Shown piece after piece: positions 28,755 through 38,276 of a stretch of DNA of 64,000 bases. This DNA comes from an uncultured Actinomycetes bacterium. GTDB lineage: Bacteria; Actinomycetota; Thermoleophilia; UBA2241. Position 1 is the first letter of the stretch, and the number at the start of each line of letters is the position of its first letter. The notes under the pieces were generated by a model. The model ran no database searches and was not told the DNA's origin. It saw only the letters and a program-made list of their open reading frames with translations. The stretch spans positions 64,001-128,000 of the forward strand of contig CAVPVX010000001.1 of assembly GCA_963709345.1 (NCBI GenBank). The letters run 5' to 3'. The translations under genes were made by a program, and so were the position numbers.

Positions 28755-30423
28755 ATGTTCGGACGCATCTTCGGACGGGGCAAGGACGACCAGGACCAGG
28801 CCGTCTGCGCCGACTGTGGTCGCACCCTTCTCGCCGGCGAGTGGACCCAGACGGTCGTCGGCGACGACGGTGAAGAGCTCCTGATCTGCTCCCTGTGCGG
28901 GCAGGCACACGCACGGGGAGGCGGCGACGCCCTGACGGGCGGAGCCATGCCGGCCAACAGCGGTCGGGTCCGCCAGTCGCGCAGCGAGGCAGCGCCCGTC
29001 GAGCCGGCGCCGCTCGTCGCCGAGCCGGCCCCCCGCGACCAGCGCGCCGAGAGCGACGCGTTCTGGCAGGCGCTCAAGGACAAGGACGCCGAGATCGAGC
29101 GCCTCCAGGCGCAACTCGCGCGCGCGGAAGCCGAGCGCCAGGAGCTGGCCGGGCGCTTCGCGCGACTCGGCAGCGCCGCGCCCGACGCACACGAAGCCGA
29201 GCCGGACGCGTACGCGCCGGCCGCCGCGCCCGAGGTGGAGCCGCCGAGCGCGCTCACCGGCGACTCCTCCGAGCCCGGGGAGCGCACCTGGGGCGAGACA
29301 CCGGCTGAGTTCGCCGCCGAGATGGCGGCGCTTCGCGAGACCGAAGCCGCAGCCGCCGGCGTCGCGGCTGTACCCGCGGTCGCGCCCGCCGCTGCCGCAC
29401 CTGCAGAGCCGGTGATCGAGCAGTCGGTGGCCGAGCGGCCGAGCGCCGAGCCGGTGCTCGGCAGCACACCTGCGCCCGTGGATCCATTGGAGGAGCCGGG
29501 GTTCGCCGCCGAGGCCGGCGCGCCGGCCGGCGCGCCGGCACACGCGGCCCCCGAAGAGCCCGCCGCGGTCCCCGTTCCGGCGCCGGACGCTGCGGCGCCG
29601 GCATCCGTCTTCGAAGACACGCAGCCGATACCGGAGCTCGACGAGGAGTCGCCGCCGAACGAGGACGCGAGCACCGGGGAGATCACCGGCCCCGTGGTCG
29701 CCGCGGCCGTCGCCGCCGCTGCCGTCGCGGTCGCGCCGCACGAGCCCGTCCCTGTGGCGCCGCGGGAGACTCCGGCGCCCGCAGCCGCTCCGGCCGCAGC
29801 GGACGTCCCGGCCGACGCCGTCGTCCCGGCAGGCCCCGCCGAAGCCGAAGCCGAAGCCGAAGGCCGAGGCCGCGGCAGCCTCTCTCACTCTGCTCCAGCG
29901 CGGCGTCGACCTTCTCAACGTCAGCCGCGTGCCCCGTAAGATCGCCGAGACCAACGAGCAGCTCGGGCTGCCGCACGTCCACGTCGGCTTCGACGGCGGC
30001 ATCGTCGCCATCACCTTCCTGTGGACGATGGGCTGGTACCGCTTCCACGTCGACATCGACAGCGGTGACGTCTCGATGAGCGACCGTGGCTACGAGGAGC
30101 GTGCCGACCTGCGGCCGAACGCCGGCGTTCGCGCCGACGGAACCGTCCAGCTCGCCCCGGCGCAGATCAGCCGGGCGGCCGCGCACCGCGCCGACAGCAC
30201 CCCGGCGCCCGCCGCCACTCCAGCGGCGCCCGCCGCCGAGAGCGAGCGGACCGATGAGGAGCCACCCGCCGCAGCTCCGGCGCCCGCGGCGCCGGAGTCC
30301 CCGCGGGTCGCGGCGCAGAAGCCACCCGAGATCCTCAGCAAGTCGCTGCTGGGGCAGCGAAGCGACGACGAGACGGCGTCTTGGGAGCAGACCAAGGCGC
30401 GCGACTTCGACTGGGACCGCTGA
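28755..30423 (+). CDS. Zn-ribbon/coiled-coil/disordered-linker protein with conserved-looking C-terminal domain (apparent +1 frameshift near 29861)
   Basis: CADC..CSLC, coiled coil, Pro/Ala/Glu-rich linker; shifted frame continues LLQRGVDLLNVSRVPRKI..TFLWTMGWYRFHVD. Confidence 0.65.
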
Positions 30424-30465
30424 GACCGGAGTAGACGGCCGCCGGCCGCTCCGGCAGCGCCAACG

Positions 30466-30507
30466 AGAAACCCCGGGCGGCGCCTCGCGGCGCCGCCCGG
30501 GGTTTCT
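30466..30507. terminator. Bidirectional terminator hairpin
   Basis: Perfect 19-bp inverted repeat AGAAACCCCGGGCGGCGCC-TCGC-GGCGCCGCCCGGGGTTTCT between convergent genes. Confidence 0.8.
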
Positions 30508-30546
30508 TCTTCGGGCCGCCGCCGGAGCGGCCGCCTCACGATCCGT

Positions 30547-31542
30547 TCAGAAGCTCATGTCCGAGCCGCCCATCATCCCGCCGAACATCTGCTCCATGAG
30601 CTTGTCGAAGGACTGGGCCTTGGCGGGCGGCGTCACGGTCACCGGCTCGTCGAAGTCGGCCATCGTGACGGTGCCCTTCATCGACATGCCGTCGACGCCC
30701 TCCATGTCCTTCTGACCTGCCGTGTCGAGCCCGGCGGAGAACTCGGCCTTGTACATGAGCATGTCGTCGACGCCGATCCAGTAGTCGACCGACGTCTCTT
30801 TGAGACTCTTTCCGAGCTCCGCGGCCTCCTCCTTGCTCTGTTCGAGACCCTGCGTGATCTGCCCGAGCTCGCTGTCCGCACCGCCGAGCTTGTCCGCGAG
30901 ACCCGGATCCTCGGCGGCCTTCATGAGCGCGTCGGCGAGCTTCTGCGGATCGGCGACCGCCGTGAGGTGGTACACCTGAACGCCGCCCAGATCCTCGGTG
31001 CCGACGAGCTCGTAGGTCGTGCCCCACTCGGCGGGGTCGAGGCCGAAGCTCTTGAGCTGCTCGGTCGGAGCCGCTCCCATCTGCGCCTGATCGTCGAGGC
31101 TCTTGGCGTTGTCGCTGTCCAGCGCGTACCAGGTGCCGTCGTACTCGATCCAGGACTTGTCGCCCTGGCTCATCATCCCGAATTCGAGATTCTGCCCGGC
31201 CAGCCCGACGCTCATCGACATGTCGACGGCGGTGGGATCGTTGGCGCTCTTGCCCTCGGCGTGCAGCGAGACGCCGTCGGTCAGCATCGCCTTCGCGGTG
31301 GGGTCGGTCATCTTGCTCTCGTCGCCCTGGATCTGCAGTGCGAAGTCGGCGGTGAAGGAACCGCTCTGGACCGCCGCCATCTTGGCTTCGCTCTCCTTGA
31401 CGATCTGGTCGGCGGACATGTCGGCCGTCGCCGCGGGTGATTCCGCACCTGACGACGACTCGCCGCCACACCCCACGACGGCCAGGGCCAGCGCGAGCAC
31501 AAGGACCAGCACGACCCACGATCTCAGAACTGAACGGCGCAT
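30547..31542 (-). CDS. Lipoprotein (LppX/LprAFG-like fold probable)
   Basis: Signal peptide with lipobox AVVG-C; YELVGTEDLGGVQVYHL, YWIG.DD, DFDEPVTVTPP. Confidence 0.8.
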   Translation of the reverse strand: MRRSVLRSWVVLVLVLALALAVVGCGGESSSGAESPAATADMSADQIVKESEAKMAAVQSGSFTADFALQIQGDESKMTDPTAKAMLTDGVSLHAEGKSANDPTAVDMSMSVGLAGQNLEFGMMSQGDKSWIEYDGTWYALDSDNAKSLDDQAQMGAAPTEQLKSFGLDPAEWGTTYELVGTEDLGGVQVYHLTAVADPQKLADALMKAAEDPGLADKLGGADSELGQITQGLEQSKEEAAELGKSLKETSVDYWIGVDDMLMYKAEFSAGLDTAGQKDMEGVDGMSMKGTVTMADFDEPVTVTPPAKAQSFDKLMEQMFGGMMGGSDMSF

Positions 31543-31605
31543 CGGAAATTCCTCTCTCTCGACTGTCCTCGTACCATGGCACGCCGACTCGGTGCCCACT
31601 GCTCC

Positions 31606-31633
31606 TATTCGGCCGGGCGACGCAGACCCTTTA
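31606..31633 (-). promoter_or_regulatory. Sigma28 (FliA/WhiG)-like promoter
   Basis: Minus strand TAAA-N16-GCCGAATA upstream of the lipoprotein gene. Confidence 0.45.
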
Positions 31634-31654
31634 AGGCAAGGCCGGCCATCCGGT

Positions 31655-32389
31655 TCAACCGGCCGGCTTCTTGGGCGACACGACGACGGCGCGGAAGGGC
31701 TCGTTACCCTCCGAGACCGTCTCCACGCGCGCGTGGTCCTTGAGGTGAAGGTGGATGACCTTGCGCTCCGCCGCGGACATCGGCTTGAGCGCGATGCTCG
31801 CCGACTCGCGGGCGACCTTCTGGGCGGTGCGGTCGGCCAGCGCCGTGAGCGCCGCCGCGCGCCGGTCCCTGTACCCTTCCGCATCCACGATGACCTGACG
31901 GCGCTCGCGTCGGTCGCGGTTGACGACGATGGCTGAGATGTACTGCAGGGCGTCGATGGTGGCGCCGTGACGCCCGATGAGAAGACCGAGATCGTCGCCG
32001 CTGATGTCCGCCTTGACCCACTCTGGCGCTTCGTCAGCGCCCACGTGGGTCTCGATGCCCATAAGGTCGACGACCGTCTGCACGAACTCGCGCAGGGTCT
32101 CGGCGTCCGGGGGCAGATCGCTCTCGACTCGCTCGGAGGAGGGACACAGGCGGGCCTCGACCTGGGCCGCGCTCTTGCCGCGGCCGAACAAGCCGCCTTT
32201 GCTGCCCTCTTCGACGATGATGAACTCGACGTCGGCCTGGTTCACGTAGGGCACGACTTTGCGCAACTGTTCGAGCGCCTTGCGCTTGGCCTCTTCGATG
32301 GTGGCCGCACCGGCGATCGTCGCGAACTCGGTCTCGTCGTCGTCGTCGTCTTCGTCGTCGACAGGCTGGAGGTCGTCCGGCTCTTCCAT
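31655..32389 (-). CDS. jag: Jag/KhpB (EloR) RNA-binding protein
   Basis: Jag_N (TIEEA..GLFG), KH (LLIGRHGATIDALQY), R3H (PMSAAERKVIH..SEG.EP.R). Confidence 0.93.
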   Translation of the reverse strand: MEEPDDLQPVDDEDDDDDETEFATIAGAATIEEAKRKALEQLRKVVPYVNQADVEFIIVEEGSKGGLFGRGKSAAQVEARLCPSSERVESDLPPDAETLREFVQTVVDLMGIETHVGADEAPEWVKADISGDDLGLLIGRHGATIDALQYISAIVVNRDRRERRQVIVDAEGYRDRRAAALTALADRTAQKVARESASIALKPMSAAERKVIHLHLKDHARVETVSEGNEPFRAVVVSPKKPAG

Positions 32390-32440
32390 CGCTCTGCTGC
32401 TCCCTGGTCGGGTGACGAAGGCCGGGTGGCGCGGCTGGGG

Positions 32441-33558
32441 TCAGCCGGCCGCCGGGCCGTCTGAGCTCGTGGTCTTGGGGCTGCCGGCGGCCCCACCCTT
32501 GTCCGGCTTCGCGCCCGGCTTTCCGCCTGGTCCGTACCCGGCTTCGCACCCTGCTTCGCGCCCGGCTTGGACTGGCCCTTGGTGGACGACGAGCCGGTCC
32601 CGGACTTGCCCTTGGCGGAGGCTGCGCCCTGCTTGCCCTGAGACGGCGCGGCCTTGCGCTTGCCCTTGCCGGGCGGCGGCTTGCGCCCGCCGGGCACGGC
32701 CTTCTTGGCGCCGGCCCCACCGGTGGCCGAACCGCCGGCGCCGCCCTTCTTCTTCGTCATGGTCTCTTCGCGCTGCTTCATCGCCTCGCCCTGGGAGGCC
32801 ATGATCGCCTCGATGAAGCGGCTGCGCTTCTTGGGCTTGGCCTTCGCGCGCGCCGCGAGCTGCTCGGGCTTGGGCATGGTGCGGCGGATGATCAGCTGCT
32901 GGCCGATCGTCCAGACGTTGGTGGTGACCCAGTAGACGAACAGACCGGCCGGGAAGTTGAAGAGGAAGAGGACGAACATGATCGGCATCCCCCGCATGAT
33001 CATCTTCTGCGTCTTGTCGGTCTGCGTGGCGAGCATCAGCTCGGTGGAGATCATCTGCGAGCCCACGTAGAGGACGAGCAGGATGTAGTACGGGTCCGGG
33101 AAGCCGAGATGCGGGATCCACAGGAAGGCAGCGTCGTTGAGGGCCTGTACGGAGGGCTGATACATGGGGGCGCTGAGCGGGCCCAGACCCTTGATCGCCG
33201 CGTAGAGGCAGATGAAGACCGGGAGCTGGAGCAGCAGCGGCAGGCAGGAGGCGAACGGATTGACCCGGTGCTCCTGGTACAGCTGCATCGTCTCCTGCTG
33301 GAGCTTGCCGCGATCGCTCTTGTACTTCTTCTGCAGCTCCTTGATCTGCGGCTGGATGAGCTGCATCTCCTGCGCCGACTTGTACTGCTTCCAGGTGAGC
33401 GGGAAGAGGATGAGGCGCACGATGATCGTGAGGCCGATGATGGCGAGGCCCCAGGTCCAGTCCGGGCTCAGGCCTATCGACGCCAACGCGTCGTTGATCG
33501 TGACGAGGATCCAGTGAAGCAGCAGGATCAGCTGCTTGAGGATGGGGATGTTATACAC
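32441..33558 (-). CDS. yidC: Membrane protein insertase YidC (apparent frameshift in tail near 32530)
   Basis: WGLAIIGLTIIVRLIL, QPQIKELQKKY, VNPFASCLPLLLQLP, PAGLFVYW; the Lys/Gly-rich tail continues in another frame to TGA at 32441. Confidence 0.92.
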
Positions 33559-33817
33559 GGGCGCTCATGTCGGCCGCGGCGTGGTCATGTTCGCAGACCT
33601 CATGTCGCGGCGGAACGGGGTCGTAGCCGCCGTAGCTGAACGGGTTGCAGCGCAGCAGACGCCAGCTCGCCAAGGCCAGACCACGGAAGACGCCGTGCTC
33701 CCGCAGGGTGCCGACGGCGTAGTTCGAGCAGGACGGATAGTACTTGCAGCGCCGTCCGAGCATCGGCGAGATCGCGTACTGGTACACCCTGATGAACGCG
33801 ATTAAGACCTTGGTCAT
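33551..33817 (-). CDS. yidD: Membrane protein insertion efficiency factor YidD
   Basis: YQYAISP..CKYYPSCSNY..RLLRCNPF..GGYDPVP. Confidence 0.95.
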   Translation of the reverse strand: MTKVLIAFIRVYQYAISPMLGRRCKYYPSCSNYAVGTLREHGVFRGLALASWRLLRCNPFSYGGYDPVPPRHEVCEHDHAAADMSARV

Positions 33818-34200
33818 CCCTGCTCCGTAGATGAGAGAAGGCCGGCGCGACCGAGGAGCTCCCGGACGGCGCCGCCCACGAGATCCTTTTCGCCCTGGCC
33901 CTCGCGAGTGACGAGCTCGATCAGCTGCGGGCGCGCGATCACGACCAGATCGTACTCCTCGGCGAGCCGCCCCGCGCAGCCCTTGAAGGCTTCGCGAAGC
34001 AGCCGTTTGACGCGGTTCCGGACGACGGCGCCGCCCAGCTTCTTCGACACCGACAGCCCCAGCCTGGGACCCTCGTCGCCCGCCTCTGCGGGGCGCTTGA
34101 ACCAGTACAGCACGAGGAACCGCGAGGCAGTGGAGCTACCCTGCCGGTAGATCCGCTGGAAATCGGAGGAGCGCGAAAGGCGCGGGCGCTTGGCGGCCAT
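33814..34200 (-). CDS. rnpA: Ribonuclease P protein component
   Basis: RL..S.DFQ.IY..G, RLGLSVSKKLGGAVVRNRVKRLLRE. Confidence 0.95.
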   Translation of the reverse strand: MAAKRPRLSRSSDFQRIYRQGSSTASRFLVLYWFKRPAEAGDEGPRLGLSVSKKLGGAVVRNRVKRLLREAFKGCAGRLAEEYDLVVIARPQLIELVTREGQGEKDLVGGAVRELLGRAGLLSSTEQG

Positions 34201-34211
34201 GGGGCCCGCAG

Positions 34212-34346
34212 CTACGCGGAGAGGCGCTTGCGCCCCTTCTGCCGCCGGCTCTTTATCACCGACCGGCCCGCGCGCGTGCTCATCCGCTTGCGAAAGCCGT
34301 GCGTCTTGCTGCGCTTGCGGGTGTTCGGTTGGTAGGTCCTCTTCAC
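34212..34346 (-). CDS. rpmH: 50S ribosomal protein L34
   Basis: MKRTYQPN.RKR.KTHGFR.RMST.AGR.VI..RR.KGRKRL. Confidence 0.97.
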   Translation of the reverse strand: MKRTYQPNTRKRSKTHGFRKRMSTRAGRSVIKSRRQKGRKRLSA

Positions 34347-34382
34347 AGCTTCCTCGCTCGATTGCCGGTATTCAGAACGTGC

Positions 34383-34412
34383 AGTATAGCGGCGCGGCGG
34401 AGGGCCGGTCAA
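34383..34412 (-). promoter_or_regulatory. Housekeeping promoter of the rpmH operon
   Basis: Minus strand TTGACC-N18-TATACT. Confidence 0.6.
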
Positions 34413-34448
34413 TTTGACCCGGCGGGCGCGGACGGGGCTCCGCCGCGC

Positions 34449-34475
34449 TCACGGATGGCCCCATCCTGCCGATAG
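34449..34475 (+). promoter_or_regulatory. Sigma28-like promoter
   Basis: TCAC-N15-GCCGATAG upstream of the DUF4388 gene. Confidence 0.4.
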
Positions 34476-34511
34476 GGGCTACTGGAAGCGCAAACCGGAT
34501 AGAACGACGGC

Positions 34512-35243
34512 ATGCTACTTCAAGGGTCGATCAACCGGTTCAACCTGGCCGGCGTCCTGCAGTTCCTCTCGCAGAGCGCCGCCACCGGCGTGCTCGAGGT
34601 GCGCGACTTCGAGGAGTACGGCTTCATCTACCTCGCGGACGGCCGCGTGGATGCCATCTCGCTGCCGATCACCGACGAGAAGCTCGGCACGCGCCTCGTC
34701 AAGGCCGGCTGTCTGACCGAGCAGCAGCTGGCCGAGGCACTCATGGAAGATGCGGGCCTGTCGCGCGACCAGAAGAAGTTCAAGCCCCTGGGCCAGCGGC
34801 TCATAGAGAAGGGCTACACGACGCGGGACTCCATCCGCGCGATCATGGAGCGCCAGACGATGGACCAGGTCTTCGAACTGGCGCACTGGCGCAACGGCCT
34901 GTTCCTCTACGACGAGCCGGAGCAGATGCCGCACTTCCAGATCACGATCGAGGGAGACGTGCAATCGTTGCTGCTCGACGCCTACCGGCGCATCGACGAA
35001 GGCGAGCAGGCGCGCAAGACCGCCCACGTCGTCGACGACGAGGTCTGCTACGCGTGCCCTCTCAGCGACGATTGCAGCGCCGAGATCAGGGCGAAGTACC
35101 TCAAGAACGATGTCTGCCTGTGGCGAGAGATGGGCGCCGTGCTGGACGAAGGGTACGACCGCCTGCGCGACTCGCGACGGCTCTACCGCTGCAAGGAAGA
35201 GGACGCGCGCTCGACGCTCGACGCCTCGCTGGACTCCGAGTAG
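34512..35243 (+). CDS. DUF4388 (PATAN-like) domain protein with Cys-rich C-terminus
   Basis: LQGSI..F.L..VLQFL..TGVL..G.IY..DG; LG..LV repeats; W.NG.F; CYAC..C..C. Confidence 0.8.
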   Translation: MLLQGSINRFNLAGVLQFLSQSAATGVLEVRDFEEYGFIYLADGRVDAISLPITDEKLGTRLVKAGCLTEQQLAEALMEDAGLSRDQKKFKPLGQRLIEKGYTTRDSIRAIMERQTMDQVFELAHWRNGLFLYDEPEQMPHFQITIEGDVQSLLLDAYRRIDEGEQARKTAHVVDDEVCYACPLSDDCSAEIRAKYLKNDVCLWREMGAVLDEGYDRLRDSRRLYRCKEEDARSTLDASLDSE

Positions 35244-35331
35244 ACCCGCGCGCTTGCGGGTAGTGACGTCGCGTGACCACCGACCTCACCCATACCAGGC
35301 TCCCGCACGCGGCGGGCGGCGGGCGGCGCAC

Positions 35332-36267
35332 ATGACGCCGGCGGCCGGAGGAGAGCTGCGCCGCAACCCCGTGAACGGCAAGCTGGCGATCGTGGCGCCC
35401 GGCAGGGCGGCCCGGCCGGCCGACGAGGGAGACCCCGCCGCGGCCGCGAGCCGCGTCCGCCGCTGCCCGTTCTGCTCCGGCAACGAGCGGCTGACCCCGC
35501 CGGAGCTCGACGCGCTGCGGCCGCCCGGCAGCGCGCCGGACGCGAGCGGCTGGCGCGTACGCGTGGTCCCCAACAAGTATCCGGCGCTTGCGGGAGCGCA
35601 CGAGGTGATCGTGCACGCTCCGGAGCACGGCGTCGAGCTCGAGGACCTGGACGACGCGCGCCTCGCCGAGGTGATCTCGGTCTGGCAGCGACGCATCGAC
35701 GCGCAGTTTCGCGGCGGCGCGGCGGCGGCCACCCTCATCGTCAACGTGGGCGCGGGATCCGGGGCGTCGCTCGAGCATCCGCACGAACAGCTGGTGGCCA
35801 CCCCGGTGGTGACCCCGCTCCTGCTCGACGAGCTCATGGAGTTTGAGCGCCACCGCAACCGCTTCGGAGGCTGCGTTCTCTGCGCCGAGATCGAGTCGGC
35901 CGGAGAGCGCCTCGTGCTCGACGGGGCCTTCACAGCGTGGGTGCCCGCCGCAAGCCGCTTCAACGGCGAGCTCTGGCTGGCGCCGGCGGCGCACGAGGCC
36001 GACGTCCGCGCCGCCGACCCCGGCGCTCTGGCCGTCGCCCTGCGGCGCACGCTGGTCGCGGTGAAGACGGTGATCGCCGGCGCCCCGCTCAACTTCTGGC
36101 TGCACACGGCGCCGGCCGACCTGCGTGGTCCCTTTCACTGGCACGTCGAGATGGCTCCGCGCACGGCGGCCATCGCCGGCTTCGAGCTGGGCAGCGACGT
36201 GGGCATCGTGAGCGTGGATCCGGCCGCGGCCGCGGCCGGCTACCGGCAGGCGCTCCCCGGCGGCTGA
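35332..36267 (+). CDS. galT: Galactose-1-phosphate uridylyltransferase (GalT/HIT family)
   Basis: ELRRNP, RAARP, CPFC.GNE..TPPE, RVVPNKYPAL, GASLEHPHEQ, FHWH, GFE. Confidence 0.88.
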   Translation: MTPAAGGELRRNPVNGKLAIVAPGRAARPADEGDPAAAASRVRRCPFCSGNERLTPPELDALRPPGSAPDASGWRVRVVPNKYPALAGAHEVIVHAPEHGVELEDLDDARLAEVISVWQRRIDAQFRGGAAAATLIVNVGAGSGASLEHPHEQLVATPVVTPLLLDELMEFERHRNRFGGCVLCAEIESAGERLVLDGAFTAWVPAASRFNGELWLAPAAHEADVRAADPGALAVALRRTLVAVKTVIAGAPLNFWLHTAPADLRGPFHWHVEMAPRTAAIAGFELGSDVGIVSVDPAAAAAGYRQALPGG

Positions 36268-36314
36268 CGGACGGCCGGCGCCGGGCACGGCGGCCGGCTC
36301 CCGCCCGGCCCGCC

Positions 36315-37337
36315 TCAGCTCGTGTCGTAGCGCAGAGCCAGCTGGCCGCAGGCGGCCTCGATCTCACCGCCGGGCGAGCGCCGCACGGTACAACTCACGC
36401 CGGCGGCCTCCAGACGGCTCGCGAAGGCGGCCATCTCGCCCGCCTCCGGCCGCGCGAACTCCCCGCCGGTCTCGTTGTAGGCGATCAGGTTGAGGTGGTA
36501 GAGCGGGCGCCGGAGACGCTGCGCGAGCGCGAGCGCCTGCGCGGGAGTGTCGTTGACGCCGCGCAGCACGACGTACTCGAACATGAGCTTGCGCCGCGTG
36601 CGCGCCACATAGCGCGCACACGCGGCAAAGACGTCGTCCAGTGGCCACGTCCGGTTGAGCGGGACCAGGCGGTCGCGGACCTCGTCGGTCGCCGCGTGCA
36701 GGCTCACCGCCAGGTTGGCCTGCAGAGGCTCGGCGGCGAAGCGGTCGATGCCCGGCACGACGCCCACGGTGGACACCGAGATGGCGCGCGCAGCCAGCCC
36801 AAAGCCGGCCTCGTCGTTCAGGAGCCGGCAGGCCCGCAGCGTCTGGTCGTAGTTGAGGAAGGGCTCGCCCATGCCCATGAACACGACGTTCGTGACTCTG
36901 CCGTCGCTCTCGGCACGCAAGACGCGGGCGAAGTGCAGCACCTGGTCGGCCATCTCCTCGGCGGTGAGGTCACGGCGCAGTCCAAGCCGCCCGGACGCGC
37001 AGAAGGTACATCCCACGGCGCAGCCGACCTGAGTCGACACGCAAACGGTCGCGCGCCCGGCGACGAGCATCAGCACGGCCTCCACCGGATGCCCGTCCGC
37101 CGTGGTGAACAGCGTCTTGCGCGCTGCGCCTCGCGGTGCGGCGCGCGTCTCCGCCTCGGTCAGCGAGAGGACCTGGAGCCGGGCGGCGAGTGCCGCGCGC
37201 AGGCTCAGGGGCAGCGTGGTGACGGCGTCGAAGTCGGTGGCCAGACCGCGGGTGAGCGCCTCGTAGACCTGTCGCGCGCGATAGGAGGGCTCCCCGAGAT
37301 CGGTCAGGGTCGTCGCGATGAGGTCGGGGTCGATCAC
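36315..37337 (-). CDS. rlmN: 23S rRNA/tRNA methyltransferase RlmN (radical SAM)
   Basis: STQVGCAVGCTFCASG, NVVFMGMGEP, LAVSLHA, FEYV, AACGQL. Confidence 0.95.
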   Translation of the reverse strand: MIDPDLIATTLTDLGEPSYRARQVYEALTRGLATDFDAVTTLPLSLRAALAARLQVLSLTEAETRAAPRGAARKTLFTTADGHPVEAVLMLVAGRATVCVSTQVGCAVGCTFCASGRLGLRRDLTAEEMADQVLHFARVLRAESDGRVTNVVFMGMGEPFLNYDQTLRACRLLNDEAGFGLAARAISVSTVGVVPGIDRFAAEPLQANLAVSLHAATDEVRDRLVPLNRTWPLDDVFAACARYVARTRRKLMFEYVVLRGVNDTPAQALALAQRLRRPLYHLNLIAYNETGGEFARPEAGEMAAFASRLEAAGVSCTVRRSPGGEIEAACGQLALRYDTS

Positions 37338-37423
37338 GTGTCCATTGTACCGCCGGGCAGGGAATGGTGAGAGTCGGGGCGAACATCTAGCAGCCAGGCA
37401 CGAACGACCCGGGACCCGGACCC

Positions 37424-38263
37424 ATGACCACTGTGCAGATCGTCGGCATCGCCGTTGCCTCCCTCGTGGTACTGATCATCGTCATCGCGCTGGTGATGAC
37501 CCGTCGCCACCGACACTCGCCCGACTCCGAGGAACGCTCCGGTTCGGCGTCCTTCCTCGACGCCGCGCCGCAAGACACCCTCTCCCGCCTCGGGCGCGCC
37601 GAGCAGCCGATGGAAGACGTGACCGTCGACCCGGGAGCGAGCAGAGCGGTCGCGGAGGCCGGGGGGCGCGAGCCGCAGTCGCCGGCCCCCGAGCCCGCCG
37701 CAGCGTCGCCTTCCACCGGCCTCGGTCTGGACTGGGGGCCCGATGCCGGAGCTCCGCCTCAGGGATCGCCCCTTGCGCCCGTTCCGGAACACCCGACAGA
37801 GCCCGAGCTACCCCAGCCTCCCACCGAGACCGAGGTCGCCCGCGAACTCGCCCCGGCGGCCACTGAACCGGGCGCAGCCTCCGCGCCGGGACCCGATATC
37901 GACACGGAGAGCGGCGCCACGCCGGTCGCCGCGCAGCCCGCGCAGCCCGCCGAGGGCGGGCCCGCCGCCGGTGACGCGACGGCGCCAGAGTCCGGCTCCG
38001 GCGGCCGCATGGTGCCGCTCTCCGACATCATCGTCACGACGAGCAACAAGATGGTCGACCTCGAGGATCCGGAGGTGCGGCGGATGCTGGCCGACCTCGT
38101 CGCCTTCGAGATCGACCAGGCGACCGAGTTCCGCCGCCAGGGTCAGACGATCGACGCCGTCCTCCAGCTCACGGAGGCCGAGAAGGTCTCACGCGCGCTC
38201 GGCATGCTCGACTCGGCCGAGCGCATCCGGCGGATGATGGAGGAGACGCAGGCCCAAGGATAG
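37424..38263 (+). CDS. Single-pass membrane protein with Pro/Ala/Glu-rich linker
   Basis: N-terminal TM followed by RRHRH; disordered middle; helical C-terminal domain. Confidence 0.7.
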   Translation: MTTVQIVGIAVASLVVLIIVIALVMTRRHRHSPDSEERSGSASFLDAAPQDTLSRLGRAEQPMEDVTVDPGASRAVAEAGGREPQSPAPEPAAASPSTGLGLDWGPDAGAPPQGSPLAPVPEHPTEPELPQPPTETEVARELAPAATEPGAASAPGPDIDTESGATPVAAQPAQPAEGGPAAGDATAPESGSGGRMVPLSDIIVTTSNKMVDLEDPEVRRMLADLVAFEIDQATEFRRQGQTIDAVLQLTEAEKVSRALGMLDSAERIRRMMEETQAQG

Positions 38264-38276
38264 GCGGGCGTCGCGA

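Noticed and set aside
34347-34511. oriC next to rpmH
   Set aside because: No DnaA boxes, no AT-rich unwinding element and no dnaA
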